DNA of 64,000 bases from Kudoa neothunni. Its lineage: Eukaryota > Animalia > Cnidaria. The translations under genes and the position numbers were made by a program. Under the pieces are notes generated by a model. The model was not told the DNA's origin and ran no database searches. It saw nothing but the letters and a program-made list of their open reading frames with translations. Numbering within the stretch: the first letter of the stretch is position 1; every line of letters starts with the position of its first letter. Shown here one piece after another: positions 52,701 through 64,000 of this stretch. The stretch is from positions 15,428,929 to 15,492,928 of the forward strand of contig OZ199838.1 in assembly GCA_964304625.1 (NCBI GenBank), written 5' to 3'.

Positions 52701-55700
52701 GTGGAAACTATAATGAACCACTCTTTACCTATCTCAATAACTACTGTGAATAATGCGGTTGTATTTGTTGGTCGAATTTTGTGTTATCTACCCGATGAGG
52801 AACTTTACATGTTCACAGGGATGATATGCGAGCATGTGGCCAAAGAGTGGTCCATGTATCCGTCTTTAAAACATTACTATGGGGCCCAATCCAACTGGAT
52901 TATGATTTTTATTATTTATTTGAAGGAATGTTTGAAAACGAAAAATTTTCTTCATGATAATGAAACCACCAACGCTATTTACAATGCTATTTGTCTTTGG
53001 AAGAAACTTAAGTCCCCAATTATTCAATGCCTAACTGGTGAAGTGATCGGATTGTATTTTGCTGTCACTAGAAATGTTTATCTTGCAATTGAAACTCTTG
53101 TGGAAGATTACCGCGTCGCTGTGGCGATAGATAGTGAAATTTTGGTAGGAGGTGCCCTACTTTCTATTTGCAATATCCATTATTATTGCAAGCATGCTGA
53201 GATTGACAACAAACACTTAGAAACAAATATCAAACTCATGTTAAGCTATTGTAAAACTTCGTCGGTGTCTTGGTGGGTCCAGCATTGGAGTAGATACGCG
53301 TTGTATTGGTTGTTACCTCACGTGAAATCTATCCCTCCATCCCTCACCTCGCTGTGCCTTACCACAATATCTCAAACGTTGATGAATACCAGTGCCGCCT
53401 ATCTGCATAGTATTTATGATTTGAGCAGGTGTTTGTCTGGTGTTATCGAATGTGGATTGGGGCAGGTGGATAACACATGGGTGGATGAATTGGAAATGAT
53501 AGAAATGTGTATAAATATGTTAAAATCGGCTGAGGAAGATTGTTTAACGTCGGAATATTTCCATGTTATGAGTTTTTATCAATTGTATCGTTATTCGCAG
53601 CAACGCAGTTCTTCTTATTCCCTAGACAACGGAGAAACGAAGATCACTACCACCGAGGAAAATCATCAAACAAATTGTCACTTTCATAACTTGGTTATAT
53701 CACCAATAGAAAATTTGAATTATGCTGACTCTTATAAGATCAATTTCAAACCTAGTCATATTATGCTTTCATGTATTGCATATTTGGTGAGAAATCATCC
53801 CAAAGTGTATGTGAATAATGCTACAGACCTGTTGAAACAGTTAGCTCAACTATATCCGGAGGAAGTGTATCTTACCAAGTCAACAGTTTGTGCTGTATTA
53901 GCGCACAATGAACATCCAATGTTTGTGATTTGTGAAGGTGGTATTGAGGGCTTTCTTTTCGCCTTACTGGATGTGACAAATGATAACGAACCAGCAAATA
54001 AGTCAGTTCGTATTGCCATCAAATCTTTCATCTATTATACTTTCAAATCAAATGATATTCCTCTGCGTCCATGGTTTGCTATTTTGCAGAAAGTAATTGC
54101 ATTACTTAGATGTAATCTCTGTATATTAATTAATTTTTATACGTAGGTAATTTCTCCTTCTGCCACCAATGCTACGATGAATGTGCATCGTACTAGGTCA
54201 AGTACATATTATATGTCTTGATTTGAATTAGCTCTTAATTTATCGTTTTTAGGTGAAAATCTGTTTTCTAAAGAGGGCAAACCTCAAGATAACACTTATC
54301 AATGCAAGATTGTAATGCCCTATTGGTCCACTCGAAAATATGCATTGTCTTTGCTGCAAGATATATTGGTGTGGTGTAGTAGCGAACACATTGAACAGAA
54401 TGCTCAATCTTATTCAGCCAATCGAAGTAAATTTCGGTTAAATTATTTATTTGTTCACTAAATAAAAGAATTCATTGATAAACTTTTATATTTATTTATA
54501 AATTTATCAGTTTCATCCACCATAAATGACGATTATTTTAGAAAATGAGATATTTGAGCAAGTATCTGAAATTGTGAAGATTGCGCTCATAGCAACACTT
54601 TCAAAAAATACTGATATTGAATTGGAAGGTCTTAAAATTATTTACGTAATTATTTAAAAGAGATTTATCCTAATGAGAAATAATCGATTTATGTACATGT
54701 AGGAAATAATAAAGACGTTTGGCAATGTGCACGACCCTAGATTTGCTGACCAATTATTCTTAGAGCAATACATTCTTCAAGTATTTTATTTTTTATGAGT
54801 TATTTGAATAGTTTGTTTAGATCAATGGATCTTTAAAAGTGGCGTTTAAAGTGAAGGCCGATCCAAATTCAACACTTTTTGCTTGCAAAGTTATTTCATC
54901 TCATTTTACTTTTTTATAACAATCCACTACTATTTATTTTGATGATTTTATTGCCAATAGATAATTTCTCAGTGGATTAGTGTTAAAATAAAAAATAATC
55001 AGATTGATGGTTGTGATGATATGTACGGATTGATTGGGGATGCACTGGAACAATTTCAAAAAGATGGATCTACTCTTAATCATCCCATCCAAGGAGAAAC
55101 CGCCTATACTACTCGCATATTATCGCTTGTAGAATGTTTCGCCCATGTAAAATTCATAAAATCCTATTTTGTGGATAAAAATTTTGTCTACACTTTTTAG
55201 ATCTATAACAATACAACTTACATTTGTGGAAAAACTTCAGCTCTTAATACTCAGTTCGTTGGGATTCCGCATCAACAGCTGATTGAAAAAAATTCCAAGT
55301 TCGTTGGAATATGCTGCCTTACTATAATTATTGATTGGTGTAAAATACCCACTATTGCTGATGCAAAAAATGCTGATAGTTTGGCCTCAACATTTTTCTT
55401 CAAGTGATACTCATGGCTTAGTTGAATAGTTTTTATTTCTTCTATCTTTAGACACATAATATCTGGAAGTTTTACCAACTTTGTGGTGAATCACCTAGTA
55501 AATACACTTTTGTTAAGTGTATTATGGCTAAAAAATAACTTTAACGATGTGCCTTCGATTATTAATGAAGGTGATGTGAACTTTATACTTTTCGTTAACT
55601 AATAACATTTGAATTTTTAGAATGCCGCTTTGATCTTTCCAATTCAATCGATGAAAATGAAATTTGGAACTATTTGTTTGCAATGATCTACTTTGTGCTA

Positions 55701-57273
55701 GTGGATATTTGTTACAACACCGAATACATCAACAATAATTCGCTTATACCTGTGTTAGATGCTCTCAATCAACTCCTAACCATAATCCTTATTGATTATC
55801 AACTCGAAAGCAGTGATAAGGTATATTGAGTCAATTTAAAAATTGAAGAATATTAATTTAGTGTGATTTGATGTTGGAACTATTGGATGTGTTGTATCGA
55901 ATTGTACTTGGCACCTCGAATGGCGATATTTATCCCAACATTGTCTCCACAGTTTCGACTGTATATTTTAAATAATTTAATGGATGATGAATGAGTGAGA
56001 TTGCATTTTTAGATAATTAAAATCATTGAAATAAACAAAAGTAATCCTCTGCTAATGAGCAAGCTGGTTCACAAAGTTACTAAGATCGCATTGTACATGA
56101 TTCGTAATGCTGTCCCTGGCGAAATTCTACCTCCTATAATAATCGAACAGATCAATAATACATTTATTCCTATGGCGTCATTTTCCGAAGGTATAATACA
56201 TTTTCTTTGGCCTCAAAATAAAATGTTGTTATTTTCTCAAGGAATTGATATCAGGTTATTGACTGTATGCTTGGCGGAACTGATAACCAAATGCTGCTCT
56301 ATATTGTGCGATCGATCCTACACCATCCCATTGTGTGTTAATAGTTACATTGTTTTATATATACATGTCTGTACGAAAACCATTGGACATTTCTTCAACA
56401 CTATCAACCCTACAACTGTTTTACAATGTTATGATGATATTTTATGCAGATCAAACGCATCATTCACCAACAATCTCTATATTTACGATAAAAAAATTTG
56501 CAATAGGTATCAATAATGATAGAGTCAAATTAAATGCTATTGACCACAAATTTAGTTTCTTAATAAAGTTGTTCGAATGTGTGAAGTGCGATGATGACGA
56601 CAAAAATTCCAATTTGGCTTGGTTCAAGATAAAATTCCTTCTAATCAGTTATCAGATGGTTGTTATTGAAAATGTCGATAATTCTCTATTCTCGGTTGTC
56701 TCTAATATTTGCAATTATACCGTTGCTATGATAAATAAGGCCGACTGCCACGATCCCATTATACTTCACATAAGAAATTATTTCCAAAACAACTCCAACC
56801 AAATAATTTCCTATTTGATTTATTGTATTATTGATAACGAAATGAATATAATAAAAGATGCGATTACAAGCAATGAATACATAAAAGATAAACATATTCG
56901 CGGGTTAAAAACAATCTTCAATCTTATTGGGGTTCTTCTTTCAAGGACAGATTGTGATGAAGATCGAAATGCAGAAATAGATTCCATTATTGATTTTTCA
57001 ATACCATTGCTTTTAAATTGGCTTCGTTCAACGAACATTGATAATTCCCTTAAGAATGAATGCCTTTCAATTATACAAACGATTGGCAAGGATTTTCCTG
57101 AACGTTTCAAAGAATATATGGGAGTTAATGTGGATAAAAAGTTGTGTTTGCAACAAAGTCTGCTTGAAAATGCCAAACAACTTCAAAAACAATCTCAAAA
57201 TGAATCCAAATATGAGAATTTGAATGTTCAACCTTTTCCAAGGCTAACAATGGATTTTAGTCACTTTGAGTGA
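47307..57273 (+). CDS. HEATR5/Laa1-like AP-1 accessory HEAT-repeat protein, divergent. Many exons, with ~1-kb introns after 48178 and ~50850
   Basis: N-terminal YYGWLNKCNRVI (cf. IFEWLRFLDKVL), DYNLKCHAIK|ILRKL, WVQHWSRYAL, GIEGFLFALLD, PYWSTRKYA, DPRFADQLFLEQY, and C-terminal PRLTMDFSHFE. GT-AG introns link the ORFs at 47304, 49265, 49822, 50227, 52106, 52701, 56055 and 56335. Confidence 0.8.
49671..49722. repeat. (AT)n microsatellite in a HEATR5 intron
   Basis: atgtatatatatatatatatatatatatatacatatatgtatacgtatatat. Confidence 0.9.
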
Positions 57274-58426
57274 ATTTTATAATCATCCTTTAACATGATA
57301 TAGTTTTTATAAATTTGCTATGTTATTAAATAATATTATTTTTCTCCAATATTCGGTTTTTGTTGCTTATTACAGGAAATGATTTATTTATAACTTTATT
57401 ATTTTGAGTAAATTTGATAAAAAGATTATAATTATATAAAATCAAGTGTTTTGAAACTACTCCAGAGTTGAGTAATAGATCTCAAAGAGGGCAGACACGA
57501 TCTCCCTTTAATTAATTGGTTTTTATTTTTCCCTCTGTTATCTACGAAATATTCTCGGATGCAATTTTACTGTTGAAATAGCAACGTAATATTGAACATA
57601 AAAAAATAAATTTAAAATTGTTTAAAAGTATCTAAATGCAACTTTAGTTGGCCTAGATTTTTATTAAATAAAATCTCGTTATTTTAAATTAGTGGTTATC
57701 TATATTTCATTATGAGAAACGTACAACATAAATTTGAATTAATAATTGAAAAATTGAAAACTTCTGGTTACTAAAAAGTTTATCTATTTTATTACATACT
57801 TTCTTATCATTCGAAGACAGAAAATACTTATAAATTCGAATAAATACCTTCAAATTCTAATGTTTTGATTTTGACTTTATCGAGCATAGTTGAGGTATAA
57901 TTAGAATAACATCAGTTGTGTAAGCATTTTAGAAAATAGGAAAAAACAAAAAAGTATTACATAATGGATTTTAAAAAAATGGAGGAAGAGGATAAACGAT
58001 TAGCTATATTTTTTAAAATTTTGCGAAAATAATTAACAATTTTAAATTAACTTAGAGAAAATCTCAACATTATTTATGTGGGAAAAAATTCAAGCATACT
58101 CATTTTACCTGTAGTACATTGTAGAAAAATATGAACTAAATTGAGCGACTTAACCTTCAGAAAATACAATTAATCTACAAAATAATTTAAATTAAAAATT
58201 TTTTCCTTCAATATTTAGCTGTTAATTAATGCATGAAGCTAAGTACTGTTAAAATATGGTTGATCCACTATTTGGACTCGAATTACGAACTATATCAGAC
58301 ATTACCGGTTGTTGACGACTTGTAAAAAAGTAAAGTAACAGAGATCAATAAAGGATTTTATTTTCAAATATAAATTTTGGTACACGGTATTCAGGCTGTA
58401 GTCGTATTCCATATCTGTTTCAATAT

Positions 58427-58730
58427 ATGACATTATCTGGTCTTCAAAAACGCGCTCTTGCAGCCTACAAGAAATTGATGAAAGCCATCTTCCAAAGACC
58501 TCACCTAAGAGATTACGTTCGAAAAGTAATACGACTCAGTTGCTCGATAAAACATACTTTAGGAGTTTCATCTCAGTGAACCTGAGTTTAATAGTCGTAA
58601 CGTTCAGCTGATTGAAAATAAAATTAGAATGTCCGATAGACTTCGCTTCGATATCCTAAATAAAGCTGGCTCAAGTTATAAGGGATATTCGGTGGTTGAT
58701 CTGAATAAAAATAGAAAAAATTCCGAATAA
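58427..58730 (+). CDS. SDHAF1: Succinate dehydrogenase assembly factor 1 (LYR family), 88 aa. Exons 58427-58525 and 58563-58730
   Basis: MTLSGLQKRALAAYKKLMKAIFQRPHLRDYVRK|EFHLSEPEFNSRNVQLIENKIRMS compares with SDHAF1 HSRLQRQVLSLYRDLLRA...VRAEFRQ...DVLRIEYL. 37-nt GT-AG intron. Absent from the ORF track. Confidence 0.85.
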
Positions 58731-59386
58731 ATATCCCTTATGACACACATATTACAGCTTATTTGTCTATCCTTGTAATTATGCTATTTTTATTGTTGAA
58801 TTCTGTATTCTTTTATAAGTCAAGTATATTTTAAATGAGTTTGATTTATTCGCCTTTAAACAGTCGACAAAATAGTGCTATAGGATAAATTATCTGTTTT
58901 TTGTATGCGATGGTCAGTTGATAGCATTAAGTTTTAGCATGGACCCCTGTTTCTCCTTTTCTACTCGATTCTAAAATAATATATTAAACATATGTACAAT
59001 ATCGCTTATTCGCCCAATAATTAAAGATGCGAAATTTAAGGGGGTATAAGTTAACTGATTTCTGAGTTGGCTTATGATTGATTATTTACGTATTTAAACG
59101 AAAACCTATTAAAATTTTGATATTAGAAAACAATATTTTATAATATATTTTTATATTTGTGGAAATTACGAGAGTTATCTATTTACCAATAGTTAATCCA
59201 GTCACGTGCTGCAATAAGATCATAATAAAGTGAGCGATAAAATCTTAAATTTAAATTCTGGGTTGTAAGTTTAAAAATTTGAAAATAACTGATAATTCAT
59301 GGAATTTTGAGGAAATAAATAATGTATGAATAAACAATGGTAATCCATATAAATAAATCTAGCAAAATTTTTTCTATTCTTTAGAA

Positions 59387-60713
59387 CAGGGCTTCCCTAT
59401 TCGTTTTGGGTTTGACACCCCCTGCAACAGTATCGGTAACCCCCACACCCTATTTTTAAGATTAGTTGAAACTCGGATTATATAAGATTAACGAGCACGT
59501 TTTTATTTTTAATATTTTCCTCTAATAATGGAAAATTACAAAATTTTTTATTCTGACAATCCATAGGGTTAGCTTTCCGCGAAATGCTCGTAACTAGTCA
59601 GAAGCATTTATAATATTTATACCTTTTCCCTGGAGCGAACAATTTAATTCGTTCAAGTGTTGAAAGATATCAGTGAGATATGCCAACATTATTGAGAAAT
59701 TTTGGAACTTGAAAACATTAGCAAGATCCGACTTTTGATCCAGTAAAAATTGCTGGATTTCATATTTTAAGTCAAAAAACCGACTTAAAACACGTCCCCA
59801 AGACAACCATCTTACTTCTGTGTGGTAGATAAGAACAGAAGTTTCTTCGTTAATTTCATTGCAAAATACTTTAAAAAGTCTGTGATTTAAAGCTCTTCCG
59901 CGTGTGAAATTTATTATTTTGATACAATGGGTGATTATCACGTTCGGAACATGACATTTTACATGAGTAACAAACCCCGATTTATTTCCTAACGTGACGG
60001 GTGCTCCATTGGTACAAATAGATCTAATAGTTGTGATTGGAATTCCCTTGGCGTCAAAAAAGTCTTTAACTATTTCGAAAATACCCACTGCGGTTGTTGT
60101 TGTTGTTGTTTTTGTATTCAACACCTTGCAAAATAAAAAGTCTTCCTCAATAGAAGTCGATTTCACATATCTTACGAAAGCGATGAGCTGACTACAATTA
60201 TCCACATCCGTTGACTCATCCAGCTGGATTGAAATTTGCATTGGAGATGCTTTAATATCCGAAACTATTTGATCAAGAATATCAACACTTATCTCATCAA
60301 TTTTATTGCGGATAACATTGTTGGATAGCGGTATTCCTTTGAGTTTTTGTGCTGCTTCTTCATCCAAAACAATCTTTGCTGCCTCCAAAATGCATGGTTT
60401 TATCAACGTCTCTGCAACATTGTGGGGTTTTTTTGCTTTTGCCACTTTATAAGCTATTTTGAATGAAGCAAGAAGCAAGGATTTATCTAGGGAAATGAAC
60501 CCCAGTTTAGGAAGTGTTCCCTTTAAGTCATAACGCGCTCTTTTCACTTTTAATGACTGTATATCGTTTCCTATATGTGTTTTACCATCATGTTTGTTCT
60601 CAAAATGCTGAAGCAACTTTGATGGCTTCAAGTTGGAATTTGAATAAACGACATTACAAAGAACGCATTGTGGGTTTTCGACACCACTGACGAGTTTTTT
60701 GGTGGCTTGCCAT
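59387..60713 (-). mobile_element. Defective hAT Buster3/ZBED8-like transposon (transposase pseudogene with 3' TIR)
   Basis: PQCVLCNVVYSNSNLKPSKLLQHF (BED finger), QLDESTD, FVRY, HTEVRWLS, LAYLTDIF. Defects: 5' deletion with frameshift, CTDGA changed to CTNGA, deletion through the CxxH motif, stop at 59594, C-terminus deleted. Terminus CTTTAGAA|CAGGGCTTCCC at 59387. Confidence 0.92.
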
Positions 60714-62140
60714 ATTGAAAAAAACTTTAGGATTAAAAATAGGAAGGGATAGAATTAGTATTTATCCTTCATTTGAAAATATCTTTACACTAAATATTTT
60801 ACTCTTCTTGAATCAGTTACCTCATTTATGATTTAAGGAAGTATACAAATTATCCAAAGTTTGTTCAAAATCTATTACTATTTAATTAACATTGATAACT
60901 TCATTAGTTATTTAGGGTTTTATTATGGGATTTTTTTGTTGTTTGTTTATTTGTGGGTGACAATACTCAGCTAACGAGATTTAAGAAAAATTTTTTCCTT
61001 ATCATTAAATTTTACACAAAAGCATGCATGCAAATCTTGCAAGATTGGGGAATTTTATTCTCTAATTGACAGTGTATTGATGAAGATTGTGGCATCTAAA
61101 GAACATCTTCACTAATCAAATTTTTCTTTTCATATTTTTTTTAAAGCAAAAAATTATGGACTCTACAACACCACCACAAAGGTCACTTCTAAATTTATAG
61201 ATTGTAACAAAAAGAGACTTGGAGCACGTGTTATCTCCATTATGTTCGTTCTTACTTCCAAATTTTGTTTATTTTTTTTACAATCCTATTTAATTATTTT
61301 GAATGTTTTAGTATAATTTTTTTGATTAGTTCAATGCTTAAATGCACTATCAGGACCCATATTTTGAAATTTTCGTATATTATGAAGAAAAATGCCTTTT
61401 TTAGTAGTCACATTTAATTAAATATCGTATATAAGATCTTTTTGTAAGTATAAACATTTTTTTAGTTTATAAATATTTTCGGGGTGTTTTGTTCAAACGT
61501 AAAAAAACTTATACGTATTTTTCCTAACAAATTTGTACAATTATTTCTTTAAAATTATATTATAAACTGTTTTTATGCAGATTAATTTTATGCTTGTTAG
61601 GAAAAAAATGAAACTACATTTTTCGACTTTTTTAGATTTGATTTTGTAGGCAATAATTCCCAAATAAAAAAAGCTAAATATTGTACTTATCGGAATAACG
61701 TATATGTAAATAGTACATATTAAAAAATCGTTTGAATGCATAAGTTTGTATCATGAATTGAATTTTTGTTAACTTCTGTATTCACCCACAATTTCAACCC
61801 AATTATTTACTGTTCAAATATACATTTTTACTCGATATACCTCAATCACCCAAAATTTAAAAAAATGTTAATTTTACCACAGTATTCTTAGTATTATTTG
61901 ATATGATTTCTTTTAATTCATGAAAATAAAAATCTTTGAAGATCACATTGAATAATTAATTTAAGAATGTATCATCAACACAGTGGATGAATGATATTTA
62001 AATCCAATATTAACTATTTCAAAATGTGGTATCTCAACATATACATAAAACAATTTAATATTTTTGTAATACGATTTTTTATTTTACTAGTAAATAAAAA
62101 TTCATCAAAAAATGAAATGTGGTTAACACAACATGATTAA

Positions 62141-62760
62141 CCCTCTAACGGACTTTGGGGTGTGTGGGACCCCAGGTTGTTTTGTTGGCTTAATCTAACT
62201 AAATAATTATGGAAATGTGATCCTTAAATTATTGCGAAATTCTATCGACACAATATTTAGAAAATCACACTTTACTTAATAAATTAATCCTCAATAATCC
62301 GATCTGGCGCTACTTTGCAGTCACGCACAATGAATATAAATTTGCGCACTTGGAAGAATGATAATCAAATATATTCACGTATAGGTTTATTAAAAAAATA
62401 GGTTTACAATATCAATATTTTTTTATTATTAACAATTCAGTTGTTTATTGGAAGTAAGATTACAATATACATGCTCACACATTAACAATGTGATATTTTC
62501 ACCCTATCGTTTCCGTACAAAATTTGCCACTTTTTGTTTGAGTTTTATTTTATTTATCAGTATATACTGAAATCAGTTCTTATATAATTATTTTTGTTTA
62601 TAGTTCTTTCCAATTGTTGGGCATACAAAGTTAAAACCAACTCCTTTAAGAAATCACACCTTAACATATTTTTCTCCTCGAAGATATGTTTATATAGACA
62701 AATACAATCGACCAATTTTAAGTTTAATATATAGAACCCACCATAGGCCACATTCAGCTA
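62141..62760 (-). mobile_element. piggyBac 3' end (TIR plus decayed transposase C-terminus)
   Basis: TTAA|CCCTCTAACGG terminus at 62137-62151. Minus strand reads WPMV-FYILNLKLVDCICLYKHIF..RCDFLKELVLTL, matching piggyBac RWPMxxFY..NAxxLY..RRxFLxxL. Confidence 0.7.
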
Positions 62761-62793
62761 AAATAGCTGAATTCATAGGCATGTATTGCTTAG

Positions 62794-64000
62794 TCCTCTA
62801 AGGTTTTTGGGGTGTATTACACCCCAAAGCGACATTAAAATAAGCATATCTCTCTATGCAAATAACTGACCAACTGATAACTCATTTTATTTCTATAAAA
62901 ACATCTATAATATAGGATAAAATATGAAACTTAAAAATTAATTGAATATATACATTTCTATCGGAAGATTATCTTCTAAGGTTTTTGGAGTGTGTTTAAC
63001 CCCAGATTTTTTTGTGTTTAAAAAAACAAGTATATTATTTTAAACATAAAATTAAAGTTTCGGTTGTTTTAAACTGGTAGATGACTAAAAAAATCATGAT
63101 TGAAATTGAAGTTTTTTGAATGCCCATGCGCAAAACGGGTTGTTGAGCATTTAGCATGAGTGATTTAAGCGACATCAATGATGAATGTGGTTCATATGGT
63201 AGCGAATATGACGATTTTATTATCGGAGATTTTGAAACCAGTGAAGAGAGTATTGGAGAGGTTGTAGTCCATAGTAATATTTAATAAGGAAATTCGGCAT
63301 CACATGGAGCGATACAAAGCCACCTGCGACAAAAACTATTACCGCAAACATTATGGAATCTGCTCCTGGTCCTACTTCACATGCGTTTTTAAAGATAAAA
63401 ACAATTGTCGACTGTTTTTCGCTATTTTTCAATGAAGAATGATTTGACGTAGACATTGTTGAATTTAAAGGTTACTTGGGTCTCCATATACTGATGGGAA
63501 CGCATAGTGATCGGCAAGAGCATTTATGTGAACATTTCAGTGTCAAGGAAGGCAAAGAAATATACAGGAGGCTTTTTTCACTTCGTCATTTCAAACAGAT
63601 TAATCGATCAATCCATTTTGATGATTTTGAAACAAGGATTCAGCGAAAAGAGGCGGACAAATTTTACCCCATTCGTGAGATATGCGATAAGTGGGTAACT
63701 ATATTGCACAGGTGCTTTGCTCCAAACCAAGATGTAACGATCGATCAACAACTAGTGTCATTTCGGGGAGGATGCCCATTCAAACAATATATGCCAATGA
63801 AACCGGAAAAATATCGCTTGAAATTTTTCATGTTGGCAGATCCGATCTCAACCTATGTCTTGAATATTAGTATCTATTTGGGGAAGAACAATTCCGACAA
63901 TACGAGACAATGTAACCTTGGTGAAAGCATAGTTCTCTCTTTGTCAATACTTCTTTTTTATTCTGGCCGAAACGTGGTGGCTGATAATTTTTTTTCATCA
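62794..64000 (+). mobile_element. piggyBac element, 5' end and transposase pseudogene (63156 to window end)
   Basis: Acidic N-terminus, GITWSDTKP..NIMESAPGPT, GYLGLHILMG, HFDD..DKFYPIR, VTIDQQLVSFRGGCPFKQYMPMKPEKY, GRNVVADNFFSS. Frameshift near 63282 and TGA at 63439. Terminus-like TTAG|TCCTCTAAGG with palindrome at 62806-62828. Confidence 0.9.

Noticed and set aside
56335-56449. Apparent frameshift or non-canonical GT-GG/GT-TG intron between the overlapping HEATR5 ORFs
   Set aside because: A canonical phase-compatible intron, 56335-56449 (GT...TTTTATGCAG), explains the frame change.

Overview
AT-rich eukaryotic (animal-like) genomic DNA. Genes are strongly diverged and split by short GT-AG introns (mostly ~37-90 nt), and the intergenic space is full of decayed DNA transposons. 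The picture resembles a reduced parasite genome such as a myxozoan cnidarian; this is inference, not verified. Genes assembled by hand across introns: the 3' ~60% of cytoplasmic dynein heavy chain, a very divergent G-protein beta-like WD40 protein, sds22/PPP1R7 (two apparent +1 frameshifts), a minimal zyxin/LPP-like triple-LIM protein, an ING-family PHD protein, RAD51, a ~164-aa protein carrying a centrosomin CM1/gamma-TuNA motif, SLC25A46, an importin-5-like gene (broken by a 29-bp tandem duplication), a HEATR5/Laa1-like gene and SDHAF1. Mobile DNA: Merlin remnants (one with TIRs and an 8-bp TSD), a non-autonomous Helitron, Tc1/mariner and hAT MITEs, a dead Buster3/ZBED8-like hAT transposase, two opposed piggyBac copies, a structured tRNA-headed SINE-like element, and a ~236-bp TIR family whose copies mostly sit just upstream of genes. 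The best leads are the miniature CM1 protein, the promoter-proximal 236-bp family and the structured tRNA-headed element. All homology calls come from recalled motifs; no searches were run.
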